Virus record (IMG/VR): IMGVR_UViG_3300037506_000165
Coordinates: 1 to 35,608 of that record
DNA from: a virus
Taxonomy: Duplodnaviria > Caudoviricetes
Reading direction: 5' to 3' (one strand)
Length of the DNA: 35,608 nucleotides
Each line of letters opens with the position of its first letter. Positions within the stretch are counted from its first letter, which is position 1. Below, in pieces: positions 1 to 9,034 of the stretch. The position numbers and the translations under genes were made by a program. Below the pieces are notes generated by a model. It saw only the letters and a list, made by a program, of their open reading frames with translations, did not search any database and was not told where the DNA came from.

Positions 1-11
1 GAGTGTCCGCA

Positions 12-338
12 ATGCGCATCTACATCCTTATCGCAGCATGTATCTTCGCAGTTAGCAGCGCTTCGGCGCACGACGCCCAGGACAAGGCCGTCACAACACT
101 CAACACCTACGCGCGAAACTTGCTGGACGAGGCTGCTGCCGAGGGCCTACACGTCGTAGTCAACGACGACCCGCCACCGCAATGGGCCAACATCCAACTA
201 ACGCGCTACCAGAAAGCCAAGCTGCGCTACATCCGCACCAAGTACGCGGTCTACAACACACGTAACAAGCACCGCGAATCCGCAGAACTCGAAGCCATGC
301 TCACGCCTGCACAAAAGAAAGCTGTCGCCAACAAGTAG
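12..338 (+). CDS. hypothetical protein with N-terminal signal peptide
   Basis: ATG at 12 gives MRIYILIAACIFAVSSASAHDA (signal-peptide-like); an RBS (AAGGAG) is supplied only if the window end is joined to the start. Confidence 0.55.
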   Translation: MRIYILIAACIFAVSSASAHDAQDKAVTTLNTYARNLLDEAAAEGLHVVVNDDPPPQWANIQLTRYQKAKLRYIRTKYAVYNTRNKHRESAELEAMLTPAQKKAVANK

Positions 339-347
339 ATACCCAAA

Positions 348-649
348 TGCGGGCTGTGGGGTCGCGCACACCCCCCGTGACAAGGCGACACGGCAGGAGT
401 ACACTGACAGCCCGCAACTTCACAAACGCCCGCCCCTCAGCCCGCAGGTAGCAACACAAGCAAAGCAACACGAACCTGCGGGCTTCGGGGCGGGGGCATC
501 CATGCCGCGTCCTGCCGCCCATCCAGGGCGGCAATAGGGCATCCATGCCCATCTGGGGCATCCGTGACTACAAATAAGCTTCATTGTTGCCATCTCACGG
601 GCCTCGCACATTCACTGCCGCCTCGCACGGCATAGCCGCCTCGCACGGC
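348..649. repeat. structured intergenic region: nested inverted repeats, GGGCATCCATGCCC-type palindromes, GCCGCCTCGCACGGC direct repeat
   Basis: TGCGGGCTGT 348-357 pairs with ACAGCCCGCA 407-416; AGCCCGCAGGT 439-449 pairs with ACCTGCGGGCT 474-484; palindrome at 494-506 and 537-550; direct repeat at 617-631 and 635-649. Confidence 0.75.
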
Positions 650-716
650 CGCGCAAGAAATTGGATTTTTGAATTTTTCCGCGAACCCGAACTCGCCCGC
701 CCAAGGAGGAGAAACA

Positions 717-902
717 ATGAAAGCAACCCTACCAATTCCCTGGCCCGAAACGACCATAACAACCAAATCATTCCGTTGCGTCGTTTGCAACGGGTTGGGC
801 TTCACATTCCGCAGCAACACATGCAAGCCTTGCCCCGAATGCGAAAACCAAGGGTACGTCACTGAATACCACGCCGAACCACCAAGGACAACACGACAAT
901 GA
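717..902 (+). CDS. small zinc-finger protein (CxxCxGxG...CxxC, DnaJ-type repeat)
   Basis: AGGAGGAG RBS, CVVCNGLG...CPEC, ATGA overlap with next gene. Confidence 0.65.
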   Translation: MKATLPIPWPETTITTKSFRCVVCNGLGFTFRSNTCKPCPECENQGYVTEYHAEPPRTTRQ

Positions 903-1330
903 CAGCACAAATCCTGTCAATCAAGCAGCCGTACGCTTCATTCATCGTTCTGGGACTGAAAGAAATCGAAACCCGAACTTGGAAAACAGACTACCGAGGA
1001 CTTCTCTACATCCACGCCTCGGCTGCAATCGACTACCAAGCAATCCAATTGTGCTACATGGAACCATTCCGCAGCACGCTCAAGCCATTTTACCGCACTG
1101 CAAACGAATTACCACTAGGGGCAATCATTGGCCACACTGAACTCACCCAATGCTCACCCACAGAAAAAATACTCAAAAAATTAAATACCACAGAATTATT
1201 ATGCGGGAACTTCGCACCCGGACGTTTCGCATGGATACTCAAATGCCCACAACGCATTGTGCCCATTCCATGCAAAGGCAAACTCGGGATTTGGACAGCA
1301 CAAATCGCAGCAACCACACTGGCAGAGTAA
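899..1330 (+). CDS. ASCH domain protein
   Basis: LSIKQPYASFIVLGLKEIETRTW...YRGLLYIHAS and PIPCKGKLGIW are the ASCH signature. Confidence 0.9.
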   Translation: MTAQILSIKQPYASFIVLGLKEIETRTWKTDYRGLLYIHASAAIDYQAIQLCYMEPFRSTLKPFYRTANELPLGAIIGHTELTQCSPTEKILKKLNTTELLCGNFAPGRFAWILKCPQRIVPIPCKGKLGIWTAQIAATTLAE

Positions 1331-1339
1331 TGGTGAACC

Positions 1340-1825
1340 ATGATCTTTGACTTCATAACAATGATCGAGTACATAGCCCAAGACGCAATATTGGCTTTCG
1401 CAACAGCATGGAAGCACCGCAGGAGAGACAACAAAACCTCCATAAAAAACCCCACACTGCCAGGCGAGATCGACTTCACCATGCATACCTGGTGGGATTT
1501 TACGAACGGCTCATGCTGGGACCCCAAAGCTATCCCAGACCATGCAGCCACCATGATCGCGAAACACAACTACGACGCAGCTACGGCCCTCGTTGCACTA
1601 TACTACCACATGCGGGCAGCCGGCCGACTTGCGCCTAAAACAACAGACCTAACCATCGCCAGGCTTGTCAACCAAATCATGCAGGAGAATGCAAAATGCA
1701 AATGCAAGACTACCAACACCAAGCACAAGGATTCTTCAACCAAAACACCACAGACCCAAAGGCCCAAATCGCCAACTGGGCTTTGGGTCTCACCGGAGAA
1801 GCAGGCGAAGTCGCCGAACTTCTAA
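1340..1825 (+). CDS. hypothetical protein
   Basis: ORF directly after ASCH; 3' end overlaps MazG by ~130 nt. Confidence 0.45.
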   Translation: MIFDFITMIEYIAQDAILAFATAWKHRRRDNKTSIKNPTLPGEIDFTMHTWWDFTNGSCWDPKAIPDHAATMIAKHNYDAATALVALYYHMRAAGRLAPKTTDLTIARLVNQIMQENAKCKCKTTNTKHKDSSTKTPQTQRPKSPTGLWVSPEKQAKSPNF

Positions 1826-2331
1826 AAAAGCACTTGTTTCACAGCCGACCACTGGACCAAAGCGCACTGCTAAACGAACTCGGCGATGTCCTTTGGTACC
1901 TCACTGCGCTAGCCACAACTTTTGGCTTCACACTCACCGCTATCGCCCAGAACAACATTCACAAACTCAGTCAGCGATATCCTACACAAGCACCAAGCCG
2001 CAACCACGACAAGAGCACACAGATGACACTGAACATCAACGACATGGACCCTACAATGGTCTACGACCCTATTGAGAACCCAACACAATGCACTATTACA
2101 TCCACAGACAGCAACCTCCTTGGCACAACTCTAATCGCACACTACGGACTCAAGGCCATGTCGGAGGACTCAACCATACCCGAAAATACCAAAGAAAAAG
2201 CCGCCCTTTGCTTCTGCAATTTCCTGATTGCTCTCGCTGAACACGGAACTCCAACCATCAAAACACGAATCACGAACCTTATGTCTCTAATCATGCACCA
2301 ACTAGAGGAGCCCACATGTCCCACATCGTAA
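1696..2331 (+). CDS. MazG-like nucleoside triphosphate pyrophosphohydrolase with C-terminal extension
   Basis: ALGLTGEAGEVAELLKK...ELGDVLWYL...NIHKLSQRYP motifs; AGGAG upstream. Confidence 0.85.
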   Translation: MQMQDYQHQAQGFFNQNTTDPKAQIANWALGLTGEAGEVAELLKKHLFHSRPLDQSALLNELGDVLWYLTALATTFGFTLTAIAQNNIHKLSQRYPTQAPSRNHDKSTQMTLNINDMDPTMVYDPIENPTQCTITSTDSNLLGTTLIAHYGLKAMSEDSTIPENTKEKAALCFCNFLIALAEHGTPTIKTRITNLMSLIMHQLEEPTCPTS

Positions 2332-2801
2332 CCATTAACATCCAAATGCGTGAATTGGAAGCCATCAAAAGAGCCTGCGCTAGGCTCGGATGGACTTTCA
2401 AGGAGAACCAAAAAACCTACAACTGGTTTGGCGACTGGGTAGACGATTCACCGGTGCCGCGAGGACTCTTCGCGAGCGAACAGGAATACCAGGCCGTCCT
2501 CGCCATGGACCGAACCGAACGAAAGCAACACATGAACAACGTGCTAGGCAAATGTGAGCACGCCATAAGCGTCCCAGGATGCCAATACGAAATCGGACTC
2601 ATCAAACACGGCTCAGGCTACACACCAATCTGGGACTGGTACGAAATTGACCTGCACAATGCTTTGGGCTCCAACGCTGACCCACTCAAACAAGCCTACG
2701 CAGTCGAACGCGCCAAGATCGAAGCCCAACGATCAGGATACAGGGTCCACGAAAAACTTCTACCAAGCGGAGCTGTGCACCTAACAATCCAAGGTTACTA
2801 A
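2316..2801 (+). CDS. DUF1257 (Ycf35-like) family protein
   Basis: MSHIVTINIQMRELEAIKRACARLGW...LKQAYAVERAKIEAQRSGY; neighbours DUF2997 and AAA ATPase. Confidence 0.7.
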   Translation: MSHIVTINIQMRELEAIKRACARLGWTFKENQKTYNWFGDWVDDSPVPRGLFASEQEYQAVLAMDRTERKQHMNNVLGKCEHAISVPGCQYEIGLIKHGSGYTPIWDWYEIDLHNALGSNADPLKQAYAVERAKIEAQRSGYRVHEKLLPSGAVHLTIQGY

Positions 2802-2810
2802 GGAGACCAC

Positions 2811-2912
2811 ATGGAAGCCAATTACGCGCTACCCTTCACGCTAGGCGTAGTCACCGGCGCAGTTCTCACCGTCATCCTCCAAACCATTTGCAACCTAGGA
2901 GCACTACCATGA
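2811..2912 (+). CDS. 33-aa single-TM peptide
   Basis: AAGGAG RBS; MEANYALPFTLGVVTGAVLTVILQTICNLGALP; ATGA overlap with next ORF (below ORF-track cutoff). Confidence 0.55.
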   Translation: MEANYALPFTLGVVTGAVLTVILQTICNLGALP

Positions 2913-3127
2913 CTGACTACCAAATCCGCATCCTCAAGCTCAATGAACACCTCACACCAGAAGAGACAGCAGAAACTGCCGCCAAAATGCTCAATGAAGC
3001 CACCGGAGACGCAAATACGGCAGACATCTTCATCAACATGCTGGACGATGATATTGCCGACGAAATCGCCTTAGCATTCACGGAACTATCCCGCGACTTG
3101 GAGGCAAGCGATGAACAAGACGATTGA
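2909..3127 (+). CDS. small acidic hypothetical protein
   Basis: AGGAG RBS, translational coupling on both sides. Confidence 0.55.
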   Translation: MTDYQIRILKLNEHLTPEETAETAAKMLNEATGDANTADIFINMLDDDIADEIALAFTELSRDLEASDEQDD

Positions 3128-3299
3128 AATCACCGTGCACCCCAACGGCGAAACCGTCATCAAGCCTATCGGCTACACCGGACAATCATGCAAAGACGCT
3201 ACCAGGGCACTGGAACAAGCCCTGGGACTGAAAGTCAAAGAGCAAGAACTGCCCGAAATGCACCAAACCCAAACCACACACATTCAAGGGAGCGCCTAA
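3111..3299 (+). CDS. DUF2997 family protein
   Basis: IEITVHPNGETVIKPIGYTGQSCKDATRALEQALG pattern; GGAGG RBS. Confidence 0.8.
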   Translation: MNKTIEITVHPNGETVIKPIGYTGQSCKDATRALEQALGLKVKEQELPEMHQTQTTHIQGSA

Positions 3300-3739
3300 T
3301 GGCCACACGCAGCCTAACTGTAATGTACACGCAACACCGCGAAATTACCGTCATGTACAAACACTGGGACGGATCGCCTCACGTGTACGGCAAGCAACTT
3401 GCGGAATTCTTGCAAAACATGAAAATCGTTGACGGCATCGACAGCGACGCCCAAAACAGCCCATTTGTCGCCAATGGAGCCGAATGCCTTGCTGCTCGCA
3501 TTGTCGCACACTTCAAACAACCAAGGCCCGGCGACATCTACCTATATCCACCAAAGACGCGCTTTGTTGGCGAGGAATACTTGTACACAGTTCTCGCAGA
3601 ACCAAAAACACAAATCACCCTTGTCATATACGAAGCACGACCCTCAAAAAGGCATTACAACCGCTTGTTCACCGGATCGCCCCAACAAATCCTTCAACAA
3701 CTGCAAGGAAACACTCATGACCAGAAAACAACTCAGTGA
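3299..3739 (+). CDS. conserved phage hypothetical protein
   Basis: TAATG coupling; MATRS...MYKHWDG...ANGAECLAARIVAHFK resembles a recurrent phage family (recollection). Confidence 0.65.
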   Translation: MATRSLTVMYTQHREITVMYKHWDGSPHVYGKQLAEFLQNMKIVDGIDSDAQNSPFVANGAECLAARIVAHFKQPRPGDIYLYPPKTRFVGEEYLYTVLAEPKTQITLVIYEARPSKRHYNRLFTGSPQQILQQLQGNTHDQKTTQ

Positions 3740-5090
3740 ACTCATCCACGCCGGCTTCACTGGCATATGGATCGAAACGAGTGAACCGGAAGAAGCGGCC
3801 CGAGAAATTGCCTCTATCGCCCACAGCCACAACCTGACATTGGACACATGGCAATGCGTCAACACAGAGCCACCCATTGACGCCATTAACAAAGCCCGAG
3901 ACATCAAGCCGGCAATCCACTGCTACCTCAACTTGCACCGCTTTTTCGACAGCCCTTTCACAATTCAGGCGTTCTACAACGCCATTATCCAAGGCAAGTC
4001 TGAACGATGCTTTCACATCATCATTGCCCCAACCGTGCAAATACCCCTAGAACTGCAAAAACACATCATAGTAATCGAACACCAACTGCCCAATGCACAA
4101 GAACTGAACCAGATCGCCAAAGAGCTTACCAACAACACAGACGACGCACCAACGGAGATCATTGACGCAGCAGCGGGGTTGACACGATACGAAGCTGAAG
4201 GCGCGTTTGCACTATCACTCGTACGGCACAAGAAACTCAACCCGGACGCAATCTGGGAAATCAAAGCCAACACGGTCAAGAAAAGCAAAACGCTCACACT
4301 GCACCGAAACGGCGACTCATTCAAAAAAATCGGGGGCCTCAATGGACTCAAAGCTTTCTGCTTGCAAGCCATGGCATCCAAAACACAGTACGCCAAAGGA
4401 GTCTTGCTGCTTGGCGTACCAGGAACCGGCAAATCTGCTTTTGCGAAAGCCCTGGGCTCTGAATCCGGCCGCCCTACGCTCACGCTTGACCTCGGCGCAC
4501 TAATGGGGAGCCTTGTCGGACAAACGGAAGCCAATATCCGCCAGGCCCTCAAGATCGCCGACGCAATGCAACCATGCATCCTCTTTGTGGACGAAATCGA
4601 AAAAGCTCTCGCCGGATCGACAAGTTCATTCCAGGGCGACTCTGGAGTCAGTGCAAGAATGTTAGGCACACTGCTAACCTGGCTCAATGACCATCAAAGC
4701 AACGTCTTTTTCATCGGCACTTGCAACGACATCAGCAAACTACCAACCGAATTCACCAGGGCCGAGCGCTTTGACGCCGTGTGGTTCCTCGACTTGCCAA
4801 CCCCAACGCAACGAGAAGCCATATGGAACATCTACCTCCAAGGAAACGATGCTCAAAAGCCAGACGACACAAACTGGACAGGAGCCGAAATTGCTTCCTG
4901 CTGCCGCCTCGCTGCAATGCTAAACACCACATTGCAGCAGGCGGCGCAGTACGTCATTCCGGTAGCCGTCACAGCGGAAGGCCGCATCAATGACCTGCGG
5001 GACTGGGCCACAAACCGATGCCTGGACGCCGAAACTGGCCAAGTCTATAAACCAAACGCCTCCAAACACACCAGAAGGGTCTACAAATGA
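3717..5090 (+). CDS. AAA+ ATPase (Ycf46/SpoVK-like)
   Basis: Walker A GVPGTGKS, Walker B ILFVDEIEK, TCN sensor, RAERFD arginine finger. Confidence 0.9.
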   Translation: MTRKQLSELIHAGFTGIWIETSEPEEAAREIASIAHSHNLTLDTWQCVNTEPPIDAINKARDIKPAIHCYLNLHRFFDSPFTIQAFYNAIIQGKSERCFHIIIAPTVQIPLELQKHIIVIEHQLPNAQELNQIAKELTNNTDDAPTEIIDAAAGLTRYEAEGAFALSLVRHKKLNPDAIWEIKANTVKKSKTLTLHRNGDSFKKIGGLNGLKAFCLQAMASKTQYAKGVLLLGVPGTGKSAFAKALGSESGRPTLTLDLGALMGSLVGQTEANIRQALKIADAMQPCILFVDEIEKALAGSTSSFQGDSGVSARMLGTLLTWLNDHQSNVFFIGTCNDISKLPTEFTRAERFDAVWFLDLPTPTQREAIWNIYLQGNDAQKPDDTNWTGAEIASCCRLAAMLNTTLQQAAQYVIPVAVTAEGRINDLRDWATNRCLDAETGQVYKPNASKHTRRVYK

Positions 5091-5109
5091 ATCAGTCGCC
5101 ACCAAAAAG

Positions 5110-5262
5110 ATGCAAGCGCCCAAAGGATACATAACGCGCATTCAGGAGTACACTGCGCCCACAGGAGAACAGACCATCTTGCTAGAAATAACACTAATCA
5201 GCACAACAGATAAACGAACGAACTTGCCCCCAATAGCGCTCACCAAGCGCAACGCACACTGA
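5110..5262 (+). CDS. small hypothetical protein
   Basis: fills the gap between two genes; no motif. Confidence 0.3.
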   Translation: MQAPKGYITRIQEYTAPTGEQTILLEITLISTTDKRTNLPPIALTKRNAH

Positions 5263-5344
5263 ATCTACAACGTGCTCAGCACGATCCTTGGCAACACCAT
5301 GCTCTCACGACTTGAGCCGAAACCAAACTAACTCGGAGACAACC

Positions 5345-6256
5345 ATGTCAGTGCAACAACTCAAAACACAAATAACCGGCTGCCGGCTCTCCATAAACAA
5401 GCTAGGCTTAACACGCGCGCTCAACGGTGTGCAGGTCCACAAGGCTGCCGAAACATTCAAGGCGGAGCAGAAAATGCTTATAGCCAGAAAGAAGCTCCTT
5501 GACCCCAAGCACGAAGCTTACCAGAAAGTAACGCACATCATCAATGCAGCGACACAGACCTGGCGCTACTACACCATGCCCTACCCTGAGCCAGGACTGC
5601 GGCTTGCCCCCAAAGCTCACATCGAAGCACTAAACCAAGAACTCGCACAGTGCACAGAAAAGCTCCACATCGCCCTGAACGAACTACAACAGCACTACCA
5701 TGACATTCTCACCCAAGCCCAAACAAAACTCGGCACCCTCTTCAACCCACACGACTATCCCGAGAACATCAAAGCCCAATTCGCCATCACTTGGCAGTTT
5801 TGCAACGTCGAGCCGCCCATCGACCTGCAACAACTAACGCCCAACATCTACGAACAAGAGAAAGCCAAAGCTGAGGCCAAGCTTCAGGAAGCCATCGAAT
5901 TGACACAACAAGCCTTCGCCGCAGAACTGTCGCAACTCGTTTCACACTTGATCGACAAACTGACTCCAGGACCCGAAGGCGAGAAAAAAGTCTTTCGCGA
6001 CACAGCCATTACCAACCTCACCGACTTCATCCAGAGATTCAAAATGCTCAAATGCACAGAGAGCCCACAACTCGATGAGCTCATAGAGCAAGTAGCCGGC
6101 CTCACAAAAAACATCAGCCCCAAAGAGTTGCGCAAAGACGAGGCACTCAAAGAGCACCTAAAAACCCAAATGCAGCAACTAACCAACGCCCTGGAACCCA
6201 TGATCGCCAAGGCTCCAAGGAGGGCCATCACGATGGCTGAGGACGACCCAACATGA
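5345..6256 (+). CDS. helical protein, DUF3150-like
   Basis: GGAG RBS; ARKKLLDPKH...TMPYPEPGLRL...LGTLFNPHDYP...KVFRDTAITNLTDF; typical partner of the AAA/DUF1257/DUF2997 module (recollection). Confidence 0.6.
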   Translation: MSVQQLKTQITGCRLSINKLGLTRALNGVQVHKAAETFKAEQKMLIARKKLLDPKHEAYQKVTHIINAATQTWRYYTMPYPEPGLRLAPKAHIEALNQELAQCTEKLHIALNELQQHYHDILTQAQTKLGTLFNPHDYPENIKAQFAITWQFCNVEPPIDLQQLTPNIYEQEKAKAEAKLQEAIELTQQAFAAELSQLVSHLIDKLTPGPEGEKKVFRDTAITNLTDFIQRFKMLKCTESPQLDELIEQVAGLTKNISPKELRKDEALKEHLKTQMQQLTNALEPMIAKAPRRAITMAEDDPT

Positions 6257-6510
6257 ACCACTCGCGCCGAGAACAAAGAAGGCGACAATACCAAAAGGCC
6301 AGGCTGAAACTCATACGCCAACTCGGAGGCCAATGCAAACACTGCCGCAACGCTAGACCCAGCGACTTGCAATTTGACCACATTTTCGGAGATAGGGACT
6401 GGACTCCATCCGCCACTGCACGATGGGTGCGACTGGCGCGCTACAGACGAGAAGCAGCGCAGGGCCGAATACAACTGCTCTGCACAACTTGCAACAGGAG
6501 AAAACAATGA
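6253..6510 (+). CDS. HNH endonuclease
   Basis: LGGQCKHC...LQFDHI...LLCTTCNRRK. Confidence 0.8.
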   Translation: MNHSRREQRRRQYQKARLKLIRQLGGQCKHCRNARPSDLQFDHIFGDRDWTPSATARWVRLARYRREAAQGRIQLLCTTCNRRKQ

Positions 6511-7313
6511 ACAGCCCGCTCAAATGGCATGGCGGCAAACACTACATCGCCAAAAAGCTCTGGAAAATCGCACAACAAGCTCCACACACACACCGAGTCG
6601 AAGTCTACGGAGGAAGCCTGGCTTTCACTCTGGCAACTGAGCCCACAGGATACAGTGAAGTAGTCAACGACATCCATCAAGACTTGATGAACTTTTGGCG
6701 GGTGCTTCAGGACCCCTATCTCTTTGCACGATTCCACCGAAAAGCAACAGCAACACCATTCTGCCAAGCTTTCTGGATCGGAGCCGGCCACGACCTGTCG
6801 GACGCCAGATTGGAACCTTGGGAACGAGCATGGGCCTTCTTTGTCCGGTGCCGACAATCGCTGGCCGGCCGAATGAACAGCTTTGCACCATTATCAAAAA
6901 AAAGAACGCGCCAACAAATGAACGAGCAAGCCTCAGCATGGATTTCCGCTGTAGCCATGCTGCCCGAAGTGCACAAAAGACTACAAAGAGTTGTCATCCT
7001 CAACAAGCCAGACCTGGAAGTCTTGCACAGCGAAGATGACATGCACACCTTATTCTACTTAGACCCACCCTATCTCCCAGAAACTCGCAACGCTCCAACA
7101 GTCTATCAAAACGAAATGACAAAAGAAAACCACATTAATATGCTGGCCGTAATCACACACTTCAAAGCCAAAATCATGCTCTCGGGATACGATAACGACC
7201 TGTACAATCTAGCCCTGGCTGGGTGGAAGAAGCACACATTCCAACTCCCGAACAACGCAAGCCACAGCATACAAAAGCCACGCAAAACAGAATGCGTATG
7301 GACCAACTTCTGA
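6507..7313 (+). CDS. DNA adenine methyltransferase (Dam/D12 class)
   Basis: SPLKWHGGK, EVYGGS, VVNDI, FYLDPPY catalytic motif, ECVWTNF. Confidence 0.92.
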   Translation: MNSPLKWHGGKHYIAKKLWKIAQQAPHTHRVEVYGGSLAFTLATEPTGYSEVVNDIHQDLMNFWRVLQDPYLFARFHRKATATPFCQAFWIGAGHDLSDARLEPWERAWAFFVRCRQSLAGRMNSFAPLSKKRTRQQMNEQASAWISAVAMLPEVHKRLQRVVILNKPDLEVLHSEDDMHTLFYLDPPYLPETRNAPTVYQNEMTKENHINMLAVITHFKAKIMLSGYDNDLYNLALAGWKKHTFQLPNNASHSIQKPRKTECVWTNF

Positions 7314-7321
7314 GGAGAGCT

Positions 7322-7534
7322 ATGCCAAGCATCAGCATTGAAGAACTGACGCCAGAACAACGGAAAAACCTCCAAGTAAAAATGCCAAGACAGCACAGCT
7401 TCACCAAAGAAGATGTGCACTCTTGGGCATTTCGAATCCTCGCAGCCATGCACAAACTCAACCAAGAGCAGCGCAGGCGAGTCTTGCAGCACGCACTCAA
7501 AGTCAATCGCCTATCAGTAAGGGAACACAAATGA
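7322..7534 (+). CDS. small hypothetical protein
   Basis: GAGGAG RBS, ATGA overlap downstream. Confidence 0.6.
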   Translation: MPSISIEELTPEQRKNLQVKMPRQHSFTKEDVHSWAFRILAAMHKLNQEQRRRVLQHALKVNRLSVREHK

Positions 7535-7794
7535 ATCTCTACGTTCACCCCAACGGAACAATCCGCTGCCTATACAGCGAAACCTTAAACCTATCAAAGC
7601 TCGGGTACCTCACCATCCAGCGGGCCAGCAACGTGGAATACAAACCAGACCCAGCTACACCAACACACAGCTGGCACGTGGACCTAACGCCAATCGGCAT
7701 ACCCATAATCTCATCAGGGTTCCCTTGTCGATCCAAAGCGCTGCAATGCGAGACGGAACAACTGGAATTCATCCTCTCACAGGAGAAGCTATGA
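7531..7794 (+). CDS. small conserved protein of the AAA/DUF1257 module
   Basis: GTIRCLYSETLNLSKLGYLTIQRASNVE...WHVDLTPIG...RSKALQCE pattern. Confidence 0.65.
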   Translation: MNLYVHPNGTIRCLYSETLNLSKLGYLTIQRASNVEYKPDPATPTHSWHVDLTPIGIPIISSGFPCRSKALQCETEQLEFILSQEKL

Positions 7795-8084
7795 AGCTAA
7801 TGTACCACAGCACTACGCTGCCACGAGTCAACGCCATTGTCGAGCCACACGACAGAACGGCAGTCGTCAAAAAGAAAAACCTGGCCTACAAGCTCATCAT
7901 TGAATCACCCAACAGAAAAGGCCAACTAGCAGTCCACATGACGCCGATGCAACTCATCTGCATCTTCGAAATGCTCTACTCAGTCGTCCTTCAGGAGAAG
8001 CTATGCATCCCGCACTCCGAGCAGCCCTTGACGCCATACCGACCGACCTCGAGCCCATCGACCAGCACACAGCACGCGGCCTGA
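7791..8084 (+). CDS. hypothetical protein
   Basis: CAGGAGAAGCTATG start context, identical to that of the next gene. Confidence 0.5.
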   Translation: MKLMYHSTTLPRVNAIVEPHDRTAVVKKKNLAYKLIIESPNRKGQLAVHMTPMQLICIFEMLYSVVLQEKLCIPHSEQPLTPYRPTSSPSTSTQHAA

Positions 8085-9034
8085 TGATCGGATACCACAA
8101 ACGATGGTGCACCAATCACCCTTGGACCAGCGAAGCCATCGAAACTACCTTCATTGTGCCCATTTACAACCCAGACACCGGCAGGCAGTCGCGTTACGCC
8201 CCCCACGCCGGCAAAATGGACAACATTGCTACAGGGCCGCCGGGCAGAGTGTTGGTCGAACACAAAACATGCAGCGAGGATATCACTGCCCCAGACGCCC
8301 CATACTGGCGACGCCTGGCCATCGACAGCCAAATCAGCCAGTACATGCTCGCCGCATGGCAAAAAGGCATCAAAATCACTACATGCCTCTACGATGTCAT
8401 CCGCAAACCATGCATTGCGCCCAAAAAGCTCGGGCTCAAAGACGCCGCCAAAGTGCTCAACCAAGACACGTACCTCGGTCAGCGCATCAGCCCAGAAACG
8501 CACCACGACTTCTACCATGACACCGAAAAGCGCGAAACGCCAGAAATGTTCGGCATCAGGCTGGCCCAAGACTGCCAAACGCGACCCGAATGGTATTTTC
8601 AAAGGCGGTTGATCCAAAGAACAGAAAAAGACCTTGTCGAAACCGCCTCTCAACTCTGGAACACCGTCAAGGAGATCAAGAATGCAGACAAACTCAAGCA
8701 ATTCCGACGCAACGACGAAGCCTGCTTCGCCTGGGGCCGGCCATGCGAATACTTCGACCTCTGCACCGGAGTCTCCGACCCAAGAAGATGGCCCAAAAAC
8801 CCAAAGCGGCACCCAGAACTTGAAATCGCAGACGACCAAACAGCCATCACCCACTCAGCCCTCACAACGTACGCCACATGCCCCAAGAAATACGAGTACC
8901 GCTACATCGAAGGCTTCCAGTCAGAGCCAAGCCAAGCCCTCACCTTCGGCACCGATATGCACGCAGCTATCGCGGCCTGGTGGCACACCATTGACCAAGC
9001 TCGTCGCCATCAAGCCCAACAAACGAGTGCCTAA
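8003..9034 (+). CDS. PD-(D/E)XK (Cas4/AddB-like) exonuclease, apparently circularly permuted
   Basis: GKMD...VEHKT, Q..QY, C-x5-C-x5-C cluster; the HSALTTYATCPKKY...FGTDMH block is C-terminal. Confidence 0.85.
   Translation: MHPALRAALDAIPTDLEPIDQHTARGLMIGYHKRWCTNHPWTSEAIETTFIVPIYNPDTGRQSRYAPHAGKMDNIATGPPGRVLVEHKTCSEDITAPDAPYWRRLAIDSQISQYMLAAWQKGIKITTCLYDVIRKPCIAPKKLGLKDAAKVLNQDTYLGQRISPETHHDFYHDTEKRETPEMFGIRLAQDCQTRPEWYFQRRLIQRTEKDLVETASQLWNTVKEIKNADKLKQFRRNDEACFAWGRPCEYFDLCTGVSDPRRWPKNPKRHPELEIADDQTAITHSALTTYATCPKKYEYRYIEGFQSEPSQALTFGTDMHAAIAAWWHTIDQARRHQAQQTSA

Noticed and set aside
1696-9034. Long gene overlaps and upstream ORF extensions as overprinting
   Set aside because: T scarcity on the + strand makes stop codons rare, which explains the run-on frames; starts were reassigned using RBS and coupling.
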